Source of the DNA: Eledone cirrhosa
Taxonomy: Eukaryota
NCBI GenBank assembly: GCA_964016885.1
Contig: OZ024751.1
Span: forward strand, 2,790,001-2,854,000
Direction: 5' to 3'
DNA: 64,000 bases
This document shows, piece after piece, positions 48,191 through 61,875 of this stretch. Below the pieces are notes generated by a model that was not told where the DNA came from, did no database searches, and was given only the letters and a program-made list of their open reading frames with translations. Position 1 is the first letter of the stretch. The number at the start of each line of letters is the position of its first letter. The translations under genes and the position numbers were made by a program.

Positions 48191-48561
48191 TTTACATATA
48201 TATATACATATATATATACATATACGTGTTTTGCAACTGGTCACTTTGTGGCTCAATGAAAAATTAATAAATTAAATAATCAGAGCTATATATCATAAAA
48301 CATGTCTATAGAATCACAATATAAAATATATACTATTTCCTCTCCCAATTAGCATAATTAACTATATAAAAAATCGAATAGACCAGGCTATAAGAATGAG
48401 GCTTCTATGAAGAAATCTCCGACAAATAACCAAAACTAGCCCTTCGCGTTGGCCGTAGCGGAATATTTATCGAATATTTCGACAGCGTAATCGCCCAGAT
48501 AGAGTCAACTAAACAGAATTAGGTGTAAAATAAACTAGGAGAAAATAGAATCTATTTAAAT

Positions 48562-48649
48562 ACCTCTACCATGGTTTCATCCGTATTTTGAGTCTTCCAA
48601 TAATTATGTAATAATTATATAAACTCGAGCACCGGATTCATCAGGAAGT
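48562..48649 (-). ncRNA. Type I hammerhead with long stem II
   Basis: Stem I acttc/gaggt; CUGAUGA; stem II atccg/cggat; GAAA; palindromic CCAUGG; UA. Confidence 0.85.
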
Positions 48650-49023
48650 TCGCTCTTATCTAGATGTATATAATCGTGTGTGTGTGTGTGTGTGTTTGCA
48701 TGTGTGTTTTTTATTTTATTTTTCCTTTCCTTCTTCCTTCTCCAGCCTCACTTTCATATAGACTGCATTTTTGTTTTTTTTTAAATCCAATTCAATAAAT
48801 AGACCAGGATTTTTTCATTCTGATGATTGAAAGCAACATTTTTTGCTTTTAAGAAACCACTCGTAAATGGAATAATTGCCTTATGTTGTTTATTACATAA
48901 CTATTAAGCTCTGTTACCTACATAGAGCACTCTTTTTTCCTGGACTTTTCCGACGGAAATACTTCATTTATATATATATTATATATATATATATGGATAT
49001 ATGTATATATATATATATATGTA

Positions 49024-49081
<58 letters not shown>

Positions 49082-49619
49082 TTTTTTTCGGAATGTAAAC
49101 AATGTAAACAAACATTCGTCTCATTCTGACGTCACCAGCCCTGTCTTTCCACATGTGCGTTTTATTTTTTATAATCACGCATGATGGTGAACTAGCCTGC
49201 TTTTAATTCCCTTTTTGGCATATTAATCAGTGAGAATTTTGGTTATCGAGTTGAGCTCTGCTGAGGATCGAATTCCAACCGTGACCATCTCCACTGAAAG
49301 TTTTTCGTGAAATAGTCTTCAAGACTATACAGAGCATTTGAAGTTTTTTCCAAATTGAAGGATGAGTATTTTAAACTTTATTTTATCATGAGTTATGGCT
49401 GTATTGATTTTTCCCTGGATTCCACTAAATTCTGTTGGATGAATCTATATCCTGATTCTTTTTGAATTGTGTTTGAATTATTTTTCGCACATCTTACGTT
49501 AACTATTTTTCCAATTTTGACGCTATAGTCACTTATATATTATGGAATACTGTTGGGTTCTTGCTACAATATTATCTATACCTTTTGATTCTTTGCTTAA
49601 ACTTTAATCTGTTATTTTA

Positions 49620-49648
<29 letters not shown>

Positions 49649-49651
<3 letters not shown>

Positions 49652-50900
49652 GGAAATCAATTATTCCGAGCACTCTAGGAATGTATTCCAGGCTTCAGGT
49701 GTGCTAGTGGGAAGTCAGCCATCGTCGTTAGGCCATCGTTATACCAAACTATTGCTATTAATTTACACAGGAGGGGGATTTGTTTAAGTAGAGGGAGGCA
49801 TGATACAGCTAATGGTTATGATTAGGCCGAGAATTTAAAGGTACTATATGGCGGTCAAAAAATGGCTGCGCGGCGGGCCCCGGGGCGCCATATAGTACCT
49901 TTAAATTCTAGACCTAATCATAACTATTAGCTGTATCATGCCTCCCTCTACTTATCAATTCCCCCTCCTGTGTAAATTAATAGTACTCGTTTGGTATAAC
50001 GATGGCCTAACGACGATGGCTGCTTCCCACTAGCACACCTGAAGCCTGGAATACATTACTAGAGTGCTTAGAAAAATTGATTTCCATATCTTTCGCTAGG
50101 CGATCTCACTCGGAATGGCTGACACGTGGTTAGGATGGGCTGGCCGGAGTCTGCAGTCGCCGCATGCTATTTGACTGCTAAACAAGGACATAATCTTTAC
50201 TCTACATCCCTCTCGGATAACTTATAGAGGATCTCTATAATACAATTAAAGTTTCTTCATAAAAGACTCTTTCTTTAACTAAACCTCACAAACCAAAACC
50301 TTAAACATTTTTTTAAAACTGTTTAATTTTCAATATTCTAATTTTTTTATTTTATAATGTTCATTTTTAATTTTTTTAACCTCATCCTATAAATCTAAAC
50401 AAAAATTTAACGTTCCAATCTTCTGCTCACACATACCATGTAGACCCCATTATATATACCTCTGTTATAATATATACCTGTTAAGATACGGGTCCTTTAG
50501 AATAACTTTTTTCGCGGCCATTCCTGGCCTGACTGTAGCATGACATTAATGCTGACTTTCCTTCCTCTTTCTTTCTGTCTTTTTTCTTGTAGCATGATAT
50601 TAACGCTGACTTTTCTTCTTCTTCCTTTCTGTTTTTCTTCTCTTTGACCGAGAGGTTAGTAGCACACTATAAGCTTTAGCCCCTCACCAGATAGCCTTAT
50701 GTAGGCCGAATGGGAAGCACTTGAGGGCGACTGGTTAAAGTGGAACATGCTAGATGGTCGGTCGTCCTCGGGTCTATGATTTTCAGCCCCATGGATTTTA
50801 TCTGTTACATTCATTTATTATATTTCGAATACCTGATGATATCACCGGATTCATACGGAACCCGGTCATTGAAATGATCATAGTATAATAAACCTTTCAA
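49649..50900 (+). mobile_element. Non-coding PLE-like element with ~205-bp 5' fold-back (49649-49853 / 49886-50088) and 3' hammerhead
   Basis: Inverted arms around a GC-rich 32-nt spacer; hammerhead at 50829-50886; (TA)n on the left. Confidence 0.65.
50829..50886 (+). ncRNA. Type I hammerhead
   Basis: Stem I atac/gtat; CUGAUGA 50833-50839; stem II accgg/ccggt; GAAA 50871-50874; palindromic UGAUCA; UA. Confidence 0.85.
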
Positions 50901-51481
50901 GGATTTACACAAGTCCAGCCTCCTGTTATTTTATTATAATATTTAACTCCGTACTCGCACCACCAACTACACAAACGAAGACGGTTGAGCTGCTTTACGT
51001 TGAGTACTCTCCATATTATTACATCAAGATTGACCATACGGAATTGACCAGCTCTATCCAGTGGTGAACCTCCAAACCTAAATATATATGTATATATGTA
51101 TATATGTATATATGTATATATATATTTATACATATGTGTGTATATAAGTATATATGTATATATATATTTATACATATGCGTGTATATATGTATATATGTA
51201 TATATATATGTATATATAACAATCGGTACAGTATATGGAAAGGATATATTAGGTTAACTCTTGATATAACTGGAAGAGGGTGTTAATGTTTTGGACGCTA
51301 GTCCTTCATCAGAAAAAAGAATGAGAAATAAGATCGATTGAGGGGACGGGCAGGTTAGAATAGGAAAAAATGTCTTTACAACAGGTCCATTCATCTAGAC
51401 ATCTCTATGTTTATATGTATGTATATATATATGTATATATATGTACACACACATTACCAACAAATTAGATATCCCTTTTGC

Positions 51482-51598
<117 letters not shown>

Positions 51599-51946
51599 TC
51601 CCACTACAAGCCGAATATTACATAAAAGAGGGACATCCCCCAACTATATAAACCTTAATCTAGTTAGAAAAATATAAAAACAATCTCTTCTCAACATATA
51701 TTAATAACCTTAAATTACCATACTAATAATGAAAAGATATGCTGATGAGAATAGGTACAAATATGCGATAATGAATGTGTCTAAAAACGTCCATAAGTAT
51801 GTATATATATGTGAAAATGTATATAAATAAGTAAATATATATATATGTTTGATGTGTATAGTTAGATGTAAGTGTATTCATGTATTAAAGTGCTTATATA
51901 TATATATGTATGTATATATGTGTATATGTATGTGTATGTATGTATG

Positions 51947-52017
<71 letters not shown>

Positions 52018-52581
52018 GTATGTATATATGTGTATATGGATGTGTAAGTATGTGTATGTGTGTACACATGGACTAGAGTATGTATGTATATATGAGTGTG
52101 TCTATACGTGTGTATATAAAGATAAGTTGAGTATGAAAATGTATACACATGAGCGCGTATGTATGTACATGAATACATGTGTGTATATATATGTGTATGC
52201 ATGTGTATATATATGTAAGTATGAATATGTGAATTGTGAGTATATGTATTTTGTAGAGGTGTGCAAATATATTTGTGTGTGAATGCGTGGGTGAAAGGAT
52301 ACGTACACTTGAAAGAAAAATTTAAGTCTGAATGTTAATTAAGTGCAAACACAAAACCAACCACGCATATCTTTACTATCTCTAATCCTTCTATAGATTT
52401 AGAAAAATAACCAATAATATATTCTATAAAAAATGTCAAAACAACAGATGGGAATCTAATTACTCACTGCCACCAAGAATTCTCACTGCTATCGAAAAAC
52501 CACTCCTTCAACTATTCTTCTAACAACTTCACCCCTCCCTCCTAATATTCTCTATAAAAACTAAATAGGTCCTCAGTAATA

Positions 52582-52698
52582 TTATTCTGATGAAATGACA
52601 GTAAATAATAACATTGAAATATTGAATGTCTGCATAACTAAAAGTTTGTAGATAGCTGTTTTAGGTTATGTAACTGTTATAGAAACACGTGTCAATAA
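52582..52698 (+). ncRNA. Type I hammerhead with ~88-nt stem II domain
   Basis: Stem I ttatt/aataa; CUGAUGA 52587-52593; stem II atgacagt/actgttat with internal tgcataac/gttatgta; GAAA 52682-52685; palindromic CACGUG; GUC. Confidence 0.82.
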
Positions 52699-52732
52699 AT
52701 TCCTTTCAACTAAACTGTATCCATTCAAATCT

Positions 52733-52866
<134 letters not shown>

Positions 52867-52932
52867 ATATATATACACCAAAAAAACAAGGTGGTGCAGG
52901 TCAGAACAAAGGAGAGACACAAAATAAAAACC

Positions 52933-52979
52933 TTATCACTGAGGAGGTCACAGAATGCGTGACGAAAGAGCTTTGACAA
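52933..52979 (+). ncRNA. Minimal hammerhead in a solo pLTR fragment (gtcaca family)
   Basis: CUGAGGA; gtcac/gtgac; GAAA-GAGC-UU; stem I ttatca/tgacaa. Confidence 0.75.
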
Positions 52980-53136
52980 TATAACTTCACATATATATAT
53001 ATATATATATATTATATTTATTAAAATATATTTGCTCTACGGTTCTTATATATTTGATATATATTTATCCTTATCGAGCCCTCTTTGGATTTTAGTCTTC
53101 AATTTATTATTATTACTATATATATTATATATATAT

Positions 53137-53466
<330 letters not shown>

Positions 53467-53589
53467 TCTGTTTATACAAAGGGTTAGATGATCAGTTAGG
53501 ACATCAGATAAAATACTTGTCTTATAGTTCTTTACGTTCTGAGTTCAAATCCCAGAGTGGTCGATATAGCGTAAATAAACTAGTCAGAT

Positions 53590-53745
53590 ATAATCGATTT
53601 TAACCCCTTTCGTCTAGCTCATCGATTTTAACCCCTTCCGCCTCGTCTAAGTTATCGATTTTAACCCCTTTCGTCTATGTCATCGATTTTAACCCCTCCC
53701 CCCTCGTCTACGTTTTCGATTTTAACCCCTCCTCTCGTCTATGTC
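53590..53745 (+). repeat. ~28-30-bp minisatellite expanded inside a SINE
   Basis: Five units of atcgattttaacccc...cgtcta following SINE B-box gagttcaaatcc. Confidence 0.85.
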
Positions 53746-54409
53746 ATATGTAATCAGTATCTGTTGACTTGTGTCTAGCTATGAAATCAATATTTTTGAC
53801 GTCATTAGTGTGTAATACAGAGTAATCTCCCCTGCTGTATATTAAGTCTCCCAAACAGCTTGGTTGATCGAAGCTGGCAACTGATCAACAAAATATCGAT
53901 CAGATTTTGGTTTTGTTATCTGACAACCACGCCCTGCCCCCACACACTACACAGAATCTGTTACATATTATATACTGGCACTCGATGACTCACACACGCA
54001 CACACAGTGATACACACATACATACAATACATTCATGCATACGTACAATACATACATGCATACATACATATATACTTACATACTTATGTACATACAAACA
54101 TACGTACATACATAATTACATACATACACACATCCATCCACACATACATACATATACATACACACACATATATACAGCCATACATAAATACACACATACT
54201 CATACATACATTCACACATACATACATAATGCATACATATTTACACACATACACATAATTCAATAATGCAGCGTTAATGACCGCAATATTGTCTTGTTGC
54301 CTCTACCTGGTCATACAAATTGCTAGAAATAGCAGCCAAACTGTCTCCGGTGTATACTAATTGAGACAACAATATAGCTAGAACACCTTTCAATATAAGA
54401 TATAATAGT

Positions 54410-55130
54410 AGGGTGGTGGATTGGCAGCAGAATCGGCAGAGCATCGGACAATATGCTTTGCGGTATATAGTTACGTCACTTTACACTCTGAGTTCAAATC
54501 TCGCCGAGATTAGCTTTGTCTTTCATCTTTACGGAGTCAATAAAATAAATCACCAGTAAAATTCTGGGATCGATTTAATCGACTTTTCCTTCCCCGTAAA
54601 TTGTTGGCCTTGTTCCTAATTCAGTGGATTGGCAGAATCGGTAAAGCGTCGGATGAAATGCTTTGCGGCATAGAGTTATATGCCTTTGCATTCTGAGTTT
54701 AATTCCAGCCGACGTTAGGCTTTGTCTTTTATCCTTACGGGGTCGATAAAATAAAGTACCACTTCAAGGGACCCCAGCCTTTTAATAAGCTGCCAAAAAA
54801 TCTGAGAGATCTGTATGGTGTGCATGTAGATGTTTTTGAAAAACATCTCGCTGACGAAGATTCCGGATGAACCAACAACACGAGGCGAAGCACAAATAAG
54901 GCCTGCAAGCATCATCCTTTTGCAAACACCGTTTTGCATCAATGGCCAACCAGGGAAGGCTGGGTATAGAAAGTGTAGAATAAATGACGGTGCCCCAGCA
55001 TGGCCTCAGCCTGTCGGCTGAAACACGTAATAGTATAATAGAGTAATAAAGTACCAGTAACGCACTGGTGTTGACAACCCCCCCCCCCCCGAAATGTTTA
55101 GCCTTGTGCCTAAATCAGAAACCATTATAA
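54410..55130 (+). mobile_element. Two tandem SINEs; the second is interrupted by a CR1-like insertion
   Basis: B-box and core motifs; the SINE resumes at 55045. Confidence 0.8.
54762..55044 (+). mobile_element. CR1-like LINE 3' end with 12-bp TSD
   Basis: FNKLPKNLRDL...KIPDEP-like C-terminus; TSD aataaagtacca at 54750-54761 and 55045-55056. Confidence 0.7.
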
Positions 55131-55467
55131 GATATAAGAATATACGAAAATATGTAGTTCCTTAGAATTGAAATAGAAATAGAAACGTCGCCGTGGGGTT
55201 TATACGCCCTAGACTGCATTCTGTAGTCAATGTTACGGCGGCTTTTCTATTTCTATTCTAAACTTCGCTTGCCGCGTTGAAACATATTTCCAATATAGTT
55301 CCTGATTATATAAAATAGAAATAGTACAAACTGGAAGGAAGCCGGCCAGAGGTCTGCATTATGTGGACCTGAGCCTGGAAGATATGTTATGGAGTTGTTA
55401 GGACAGTAATAGTAGTGTCGAGACAGATTCCTGGCATCACTCATACATGCATACACATATATATATG

Positions 55468-55513
<46 letters not shown>

Positions 55514-55869
55514 TGTGTGTGTTTGTGTGTGTGTGTGTGTACATGTGTATATATACATGTGTGTGTATGTATATACATATGTGTGTGTGTATATATCTCC
55601 TTATAATATATAACCAGCAATTTCTCTGTCTGTCTGTCCGACGCGTAGAGAGAGAGTGAGAGTGAAAGAAAGAGACAGACTTCAAGAGGGGGATAGCGGG
55701 AGGGAGAGAGAGAGACGCTGGAAGAGGGGAAGGAAAGCTATGTCTTGCTGTCTGCATTACGATACATATATATATATACACACACACACTCAGCGCGTCA
55801 TAATGACGTAATGCAGACAGCCAGACATACAGACAGATATTATAAGGGCGCAACGTTATATCTATGTAT

Positions 55870-56088
55870 CTATCTAAAAAGAAAGACTAAGAATTATATA
55901 GAGAGAACGCTAAATCGCCTAATGCGATCCCTAGGGCATTGAAAATTTGAAATAATTCTTGCTCAAAACACTCACAGGACCATAAGTATTACATGTCTAA
56001 AGTTTGAAAACAATCGGTTGGATGGTTCTCAAGTTTTAGTGAGCTGACAGACAGACAGGCAGACATTCTCTGTTTTAGATATATAGAC
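55870..56088 (-). mobile_element. Helitron-like 5' fragment
   Basis: Minus strand starts TCTATATATCTAAAA, then (GTCT)n and an aaccgatt...aaact motif. Confidence 0.5.
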
Positions 56089-56122
56089 TAGCAGAAAACC
56101 GCCCACGAGTGGTTATCTGCTA

Positions 56123-57360
56123 GTCTCCCTCTAAATAAAATTCTTTGTCTCTCTGTCTGTCTGTCTTTTCCTTATGCATTCTCGAACGGCTCGACCAAAT
56201 CAAATCAAATTTAACAAGGTAATAGTATTAGACCCCAGGTTTAACAGCATGTAATTTTTATTTTCATTTGGATTAAAACAATATAACATTTTAACTAAAA
56301 TATTCTACTATAGATATAAGTAAACGACATTTTATAACACTACAACGACGATGACGTCACATTTTCTATATGAGTGTGTGTGTATCTGTGAGTGTGTGCG
56401 TGTTTGTGCGTTCGCTACATACGTTAGGTTTCAGTAATTAAATACACATATATCTTCACGTAATATCTAATCAGTTACATAAAGAATTAAACACACACAT
56501 ACATCTACACATACATATACATATGTGGTGACTGACAAGTATATGTGTGTGAGTGTATGTGATGACGGCGGCGTCACATTTATATATGAGTGGGTATGTG
56601 TCTGTGAGTGTGTGTGTGTTTGCGCGTTCGTTACATACGTTATGCCTTAGTAATTTACATACGCATACATCTTCACGTAAATCAGATACACAGAGAATTA
56701 AATACACGCACACATCTACACATACATAGACATATGTGGTGACTGACAAGTATATGTGTGTGAGTGTATGTGAGATTGAATTTAAGAGACTTCAGTTACT
56801 AGTCAAATTAAGTTTCGTTATTTCAATATTGGGAGTATCGGTAGAGAGTCGGACGCCATGCTTTACAACATAGTTACGTCCCTTTACGGTCTGAGTTCAA
56901 ATCCCGCCGAGGTTAACTTTGCCTTTCATCCTTACGGGGTCGATAAAATAAAGTACCAGTAATGTACTGGGTACTTGCTGGCTTTGTACCAAAAGTAGAA
57001 ACAGTTATTTCAATTAACAAATCTCAGGGCCAATCCCTCAAGGTAGTTGGACTTGATCACTCTACTACATGTGTTTCCTATGGTCAACTCTATGTTGGTT
57101 GCACACGAGCTGGAAGCAGCAACAATTTATTCATTTGGACACCAACAAAAACCTACACAATTAAATGAATATTGTTTACTCTGAAGTGCTTCAAGATTGA
57201 CAGATTTTCATTTCTAAATTCTATTATCATTACAATTTTGATATTTAAAAAAATAAAATGTAGATATTTTAAAATAATTATGAGTAAAAAACAATATATC
57301 TCCATATCTTTGTTTGAATAAGAACAGCAATAACCCGGGCAATACCGGGTCATTCAGCTA

Positions 57361-57361
<1 letters not shown>
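56123..57361 (+). mobile_element. Non-autonomous Helitron retaining the Pif1 helicase C-terminus, with SINE insertion 56828-57003
   Basis: EFKRLQLLVKLSFVIS|INKSQGQSLKVVGLD...YGQLYVGCTR; TSD gttatttcaat at 56817-56827 and 57004-57014; 3' hairpin acccgg/ccgggt then CTAG. Confidence 0.85.
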
Positions 57362-57397
<36 letters not shown>

Positions 57398-57429
57398 TAG
57401 GGGGGGGGGGGTCATATTGTTATATTGCC

Positions 57430-58471
57430 AGAAATAAAAATAAAACACACTCACTGTTAGGTTTGGATTGGTTTTCGCTTCTGTATCTGTTATATGTCTA
57501 TAGTTCATTTAGCTGGCAATCAATGTTTATCATTGAGTGACCAACGATTAAAGATACAGATATAAATATATATAGAATCTATCAAAGTTCTTTCATCACA
57601 CATCTGTGACATCATCAGTAGTAGTAATATGTTTCCTCCCGTTGTATTGTAATGTCTACTCGATTTTTATTTTTATTTATTTATTTATTCTCTCTCTGCT
57701 TGTGCATGCGTTTGTATGCGTGTTTTTATCTTTGGTGTGTGTTCGTGCCTGAGTCTGTATGTGTTTGTATTCTATCTTTGTTCACTAGTGTGTTTATGTG
57801 TGATTGTCGTTATTGTACCTGTGTATATTTATTTAATTATATTTATCCTAGGTCAGAATTGTGTGTTTGTGTATGGTTGTTACTGTTATTTTGTTAATGA
57901 GGGTTTTTATGGGAAGATCAGGTATTCCCTTAAAAACCCTAATTAGCAAAACATACCCATTTCAAAGCTCCCCCTCTGCTGATTGGAAATGCATACTAGC
58001 AGCTAAACCCGCAAATAAACTGTAAAACTAGGAACGTAGTATATAGCATAAGATGTACTGAGGGACAGTGTAGGAATAAGAATATAACATACATAGGTGA
58101 AACAGCCCGTAGCATAGGAGAAAGAATAAGTGAACACTCGCGAGAAATCTAGGGTGGGAAACACTCATCAGTGCTCCACCAACATGCCAAAATAGAAGAT
58201 AGGGGCACATTAGAGAACATAGAGATAATAATTATATCTACAGAGAGAAAAGATACAATGCTCAGACAAATCACAGAGGCAACAAATATAAACGAACTCC
58301 AACCAAAATTAAATAGAAAACATGAGTGGAATAGCAACATCACAACTAGTAATTAAGGACAAACTGAAGACATACAGACACACACAAAAATCAAACTAAC
58401 AAAACAAATCAGACACACACAGATAGAACAAACTACCAACTAGTGACAAATAAATAAATGCATGAATCAAT

Positions 58472-58554
<83 letters not shown>

Positions 58555-58810
58555 CACGGATGTAACGCATGCACAAACTAAGCACACAACGCACAACATA
58601 CAAAAACAAGATGGTGTAGGACAGATCAAAGGAGTGACACACAAAATAAAAACCTAGTCAGTGAGGAGGTCACAGAATGTGTGACGAAAGAGCTTTGATA
58701 ATATATAAATAACTCGCCCGTTATCGAACCAACGAACCGGAAATTTATATTATATTGAAGTGAATATGTTTTTATTGGCAACATAACTATCCCAAAGTAT
58801 AACAATATAT
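57430..58810 (+). mobile_element. PLE 3' fragment (GIY-YIG ~57925-58350 + pLTR) with inverted pLTR; hammerheads at 57579-57624 (minus, intact core) and 58657-58699 (plus, C3G)
   Basis: CKTRNVVYSIRCTEGQC...YIGETARS; junction hairpin ~57900-57940; homologous to 29810-30640. Confidence 0.82.
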
Positions 58811-58826
58811 ATATATATATATATAT

Positions 58827-59004
58827 AACGAAGGAAATGTGGTAAGGAACCAGGTGGACCATAACGCACCAAAGTACTCAATACTTGAGGTAGTAGAGTG
58901 GGTAATAGGAACCAGTAAGACCCCGACAGCTGAGCTCAAGCCGTTTCGACGGCAGAATTAGCCGTCGAAACGGCTTGAGCTCAGCTGTCGGGGTCTTACT
59001 GGTT

Positions 59005-59009
<5 letters not shown>
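58827..59009 (-). mobile_element. Short fold-back element with hammerhead 3' half (perfect 49-bp arms 58905-58953 / 58961-59009)
   Basis: Same family as 31732-31926. Confidence 0.78.
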
Positions 59010-59066
<57 letters not shown>

Positions 59067-59525
59067 GTGTATTATGAGTTCAAATCATTTCGAGGACAAC
59101 ATTTGATTCCATCCTTCTGTTTCGATACTACAAATACCAGTATTCTCTCTGAATGCAAGAGATCGATATATGATTCTCATATCACAACTGCGTCAAGTAA
59201 GGTCAATTAAGCTTCATTGGCGAGGTGCCATAGTGCCGAAACATTTCCTAAGTTATCGCCCATTACTTGGCAAAATTAGAATAAATTATTATTAGTCCTT
59301 GGGTCGCTGTTTTCTTACCTTTACATTCATAAAATTAATTAATTAATGGGGGGAGGGGTATTTTTTATTCGCTACATTAAGTATAACAGCATTGACTTAA
59401 ATATATTGACAGGAAAATGGGAGAGAAAAAAAATGGAACAAAAAGAAAAAGGAAATTAAGCAATGAAAGAAAGGGTACGGAGAGATGAAATGACAGAATG
59501 GACATCTTAGGCCGTCCAGCATGCT

Positions 59526-59790
59526 TCAGCTGCGCCCCGCAGAGAAAATGGTGATGGCATTGCCACGGAGAATGGTCACCAACAATCGCTGCAGCAGCCT
59601 GCCGCCCTACCTCATGGAGCTCCTTCATCAGTAGTCTTCCCGATTTTGCGGGAACCCGAAGACATCTAAAGTCTCGACTGTAACCGGCACCAAAAGGAAG
59701 CGGTCGATCAAGCTTCGGTGTTTAGTTATCTTCCTCTCCGCTGCATTGCGGGTGGTGGTGCTCGGGTTTGCCACCGAGGCGACAAAATTT
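59526..59790 (-). pseudogene. CRE-clade non-LTR retrotransposon C-terminal restriction-like endonuclease fragment
   Basis: AAERKITKHRSL...FLLVPVTVETLDVFG, then after a frameshift LLQRLLVTILRGNAITI*. Confidence 0.75.
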
Positions 59791-60334
59791 TAAATGTTGT
59801 TTGTCTAAACACGACACGATACACCTGATGTAATCACGTATATTTTACTGCTTTTTTGTATGATCGATGAAGGTGGGGAATTGACAGAACCGTTAGAACA
59901 TTTGATACAATGCCTTGTGATTGTTCTGGTTTCAGTTCAAATATTGTTCTGGTGAGATCAAATATTCCTGTTATCGTTTCGGGGTTGATAAATGGATAAC
60001 CAGTCTGATAAGGTAATTGAATATTTTATTTCTATATATATATCTTTCTCTCTTATAGTTGGTTTCTGGTCAAATCTGAATTGACCATATCACCAGTATG
60101 AAATAAGGGATTTCGAATGACCTTAAATCAGTGTGTGTGTATATATATATATATAAAACGTTGTACATAGATATCTTCTGTCATTAAGGAATCCACAAGT
60201 CTGATGAGCCATCGATTCCAGATCGATAGATCGATACCGATCATCCTTTGTGCTGATTGATTTTTAAACGCGCGTTACATGTGAATAAACATGATGTTTC
60301 TATATTGATACCTCGCGCCTACTCATTATTGTTT

Positions 60335-60470
60335 AGCTTTGCCTTTTATCCTTACGGGGTCGATAAAATAAAATACCAGTAACGCACTGGGGTCAATTTA
60401 ATACACGTTCCCCTTCACCCAAATTGCTGGCGCTGTGCCTATATAAGAAACCATTATTATTATTATTATT
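60335..60470 (+). mobile_element. SINE 3' part with (ATT)n tail
   Basis: Core atccttacggggtcgataaaataaa. Confidence 0.75.
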
Positions 60471-61099
60471 ACTGGTCTGACCGGACGCCTTTTTGCTCGC
60501 TCCCAGTAAATCGCTTTATTTACCTGTCACAAATTATTTATTGTTAAATTTTTTTATTGTGTAAGGGACATATGCCCTTGGACTTTGCCCTGTGAAAGAG
60601 AAAGTATAATATTTGGCCCGAATATTTGAACATTTTACTTTCAAAAAATTATCAGAAAAACATGGCTGTGTCACGCCCATGCGATATGTCTGCTGTTGTG
60701 TGACAACGGCGTAACAGTGGAGAGGAGGTTTACGGCGAACACAGAAATTGACACAAGAAACACCCCCACAAACAACGTTAAGAAAGACAGCAATGACAAC
60801 AATATTGAGAACACTAATTAAAAAAAATTACCACACAACTACAACAGTAACAGCGACAACCAAAATACAGACAACAGAAAAAATGAAAACAAATGCAACA
60901 ACGATATTAACACCACTAACAAGAAAGTAAACAACGACAACACCAACAGCAACAATACAAATTGCACCGAGAACAACAACAACGCTGGCACCAAAAACAC
61001 AACCAATTACAACAGTGATAATAGCAGCAACACCAACAACACCGTATGTAGCAAAAGCACCAACAACAACAAGACTAGTAGCAGCAGTAGCGGCAGCAA

Positions 61100-61875
61100 T
61101 AATGGTGCCGCTAAAAAAAGGGTCACTTCTTTCGCAGGTGTGGCCCGAAATATAGAAACAGTGCTAGTCACGGAGGAGGAGATGGCAGTCGCAAGGGCCA
61201 TGATGACATGAAATGACAATAGAGTTTCCCTGAAACCTCCACCCGATTGTTTCAAAGACCAGCAGCTACGGACGGTGACTTATCGCACCGTAAGCAAAAA
61301 TGTCACATCGGGTGGAAAGAGCCATGGAGACTCAAATCCAAAAGGCCTTGGGGTGCGTCTGGGCGCGCAAAACCCACATCACCCGAGGCAAAAAGTATGC
61401 CACAGTAGACGTACTTTTCGTCACCCTCCAAGAGGCGAAGTCTCACCATTTAGAAACCCTAAAGAGTGAGGAGTTAGTCTTGGTGCCCTCCTACTGCGGG
61501 CAGAAAATTGTGAGGGTCAAAGTGACCCAGGTCCCGCCCGACGTGCCCATACGTTGGCTGGCCGCGTCTGTCCTTGCTGGAATCGAAGACAGGACCACCA
61601 TACTGCAAATACAGAGCATGGGAAGAGAGAACTGGTCAGGTATAAGCATGCAAATGCTAATACAAATTGATCAGGAGTGTATCGAGGCCATCCCAGTTAT
61701 CCTAGACCTCGAGGAAGGACTCCAACTCCCTATAAGCGTGGAAGGAAGGCGCCCAAAGTGCTATCTCTGTGGGCAAAAGAGTCACTTCAGGGCCTTTTCC
61801 CCACAGATGACAGCCAAGAAGAGTGCCCCCTCCTTCCAACGCCTGAGCTGCTGGTACCAAGATCATGGCAGGTAA
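61100..61875 (+). pseudogene. Tx1/L1-clade LINE ORF1 (RRM-like region + degenerate CCHC knuckle)
   Basis: VRVKVTQVPPDV...LPISVEGRRPKCYLCGQKSHFRAFSP, upstream of an APE-type ORF2. Confidence 0.75.

Noticed and set aside
48818-48842. ctgatga-tt-gaaa ultra-minimal hammerhead
   Set aside because: No stem III, UH triplet or stem I.
50640-50775. HDV-like ribozyme suggested by gcct/aggc-cgaa-tggga
   Set aside because: No P2 partner or P1/P3 nested pseudoknot could be built.
53590-53745. CRISPR-like repeat array
   Set aside because: Eukaryotic context and no unique spacers; it is a minisatellite derived from SINE sequence.
54850-54875. ctgacga...gaac hammerhead look-alike
   Set aside because: It lies in CR1 coding sequence and lacks GAAA and stems.
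59610-59635. Minus-strand ctgatgaagga-gc-tcc motif
   Set aside because: Part of the CRE coding fragment; no GAAA.
60194-60283. Active hammerhead (cacaagt/acatgtg, CUGAUGA, CGCGCG, UU)
   Set aside because: GAAA is UAAA and the stem II base is unpaired; counted only as a degenerate relic. The same applies to 51282-51318.
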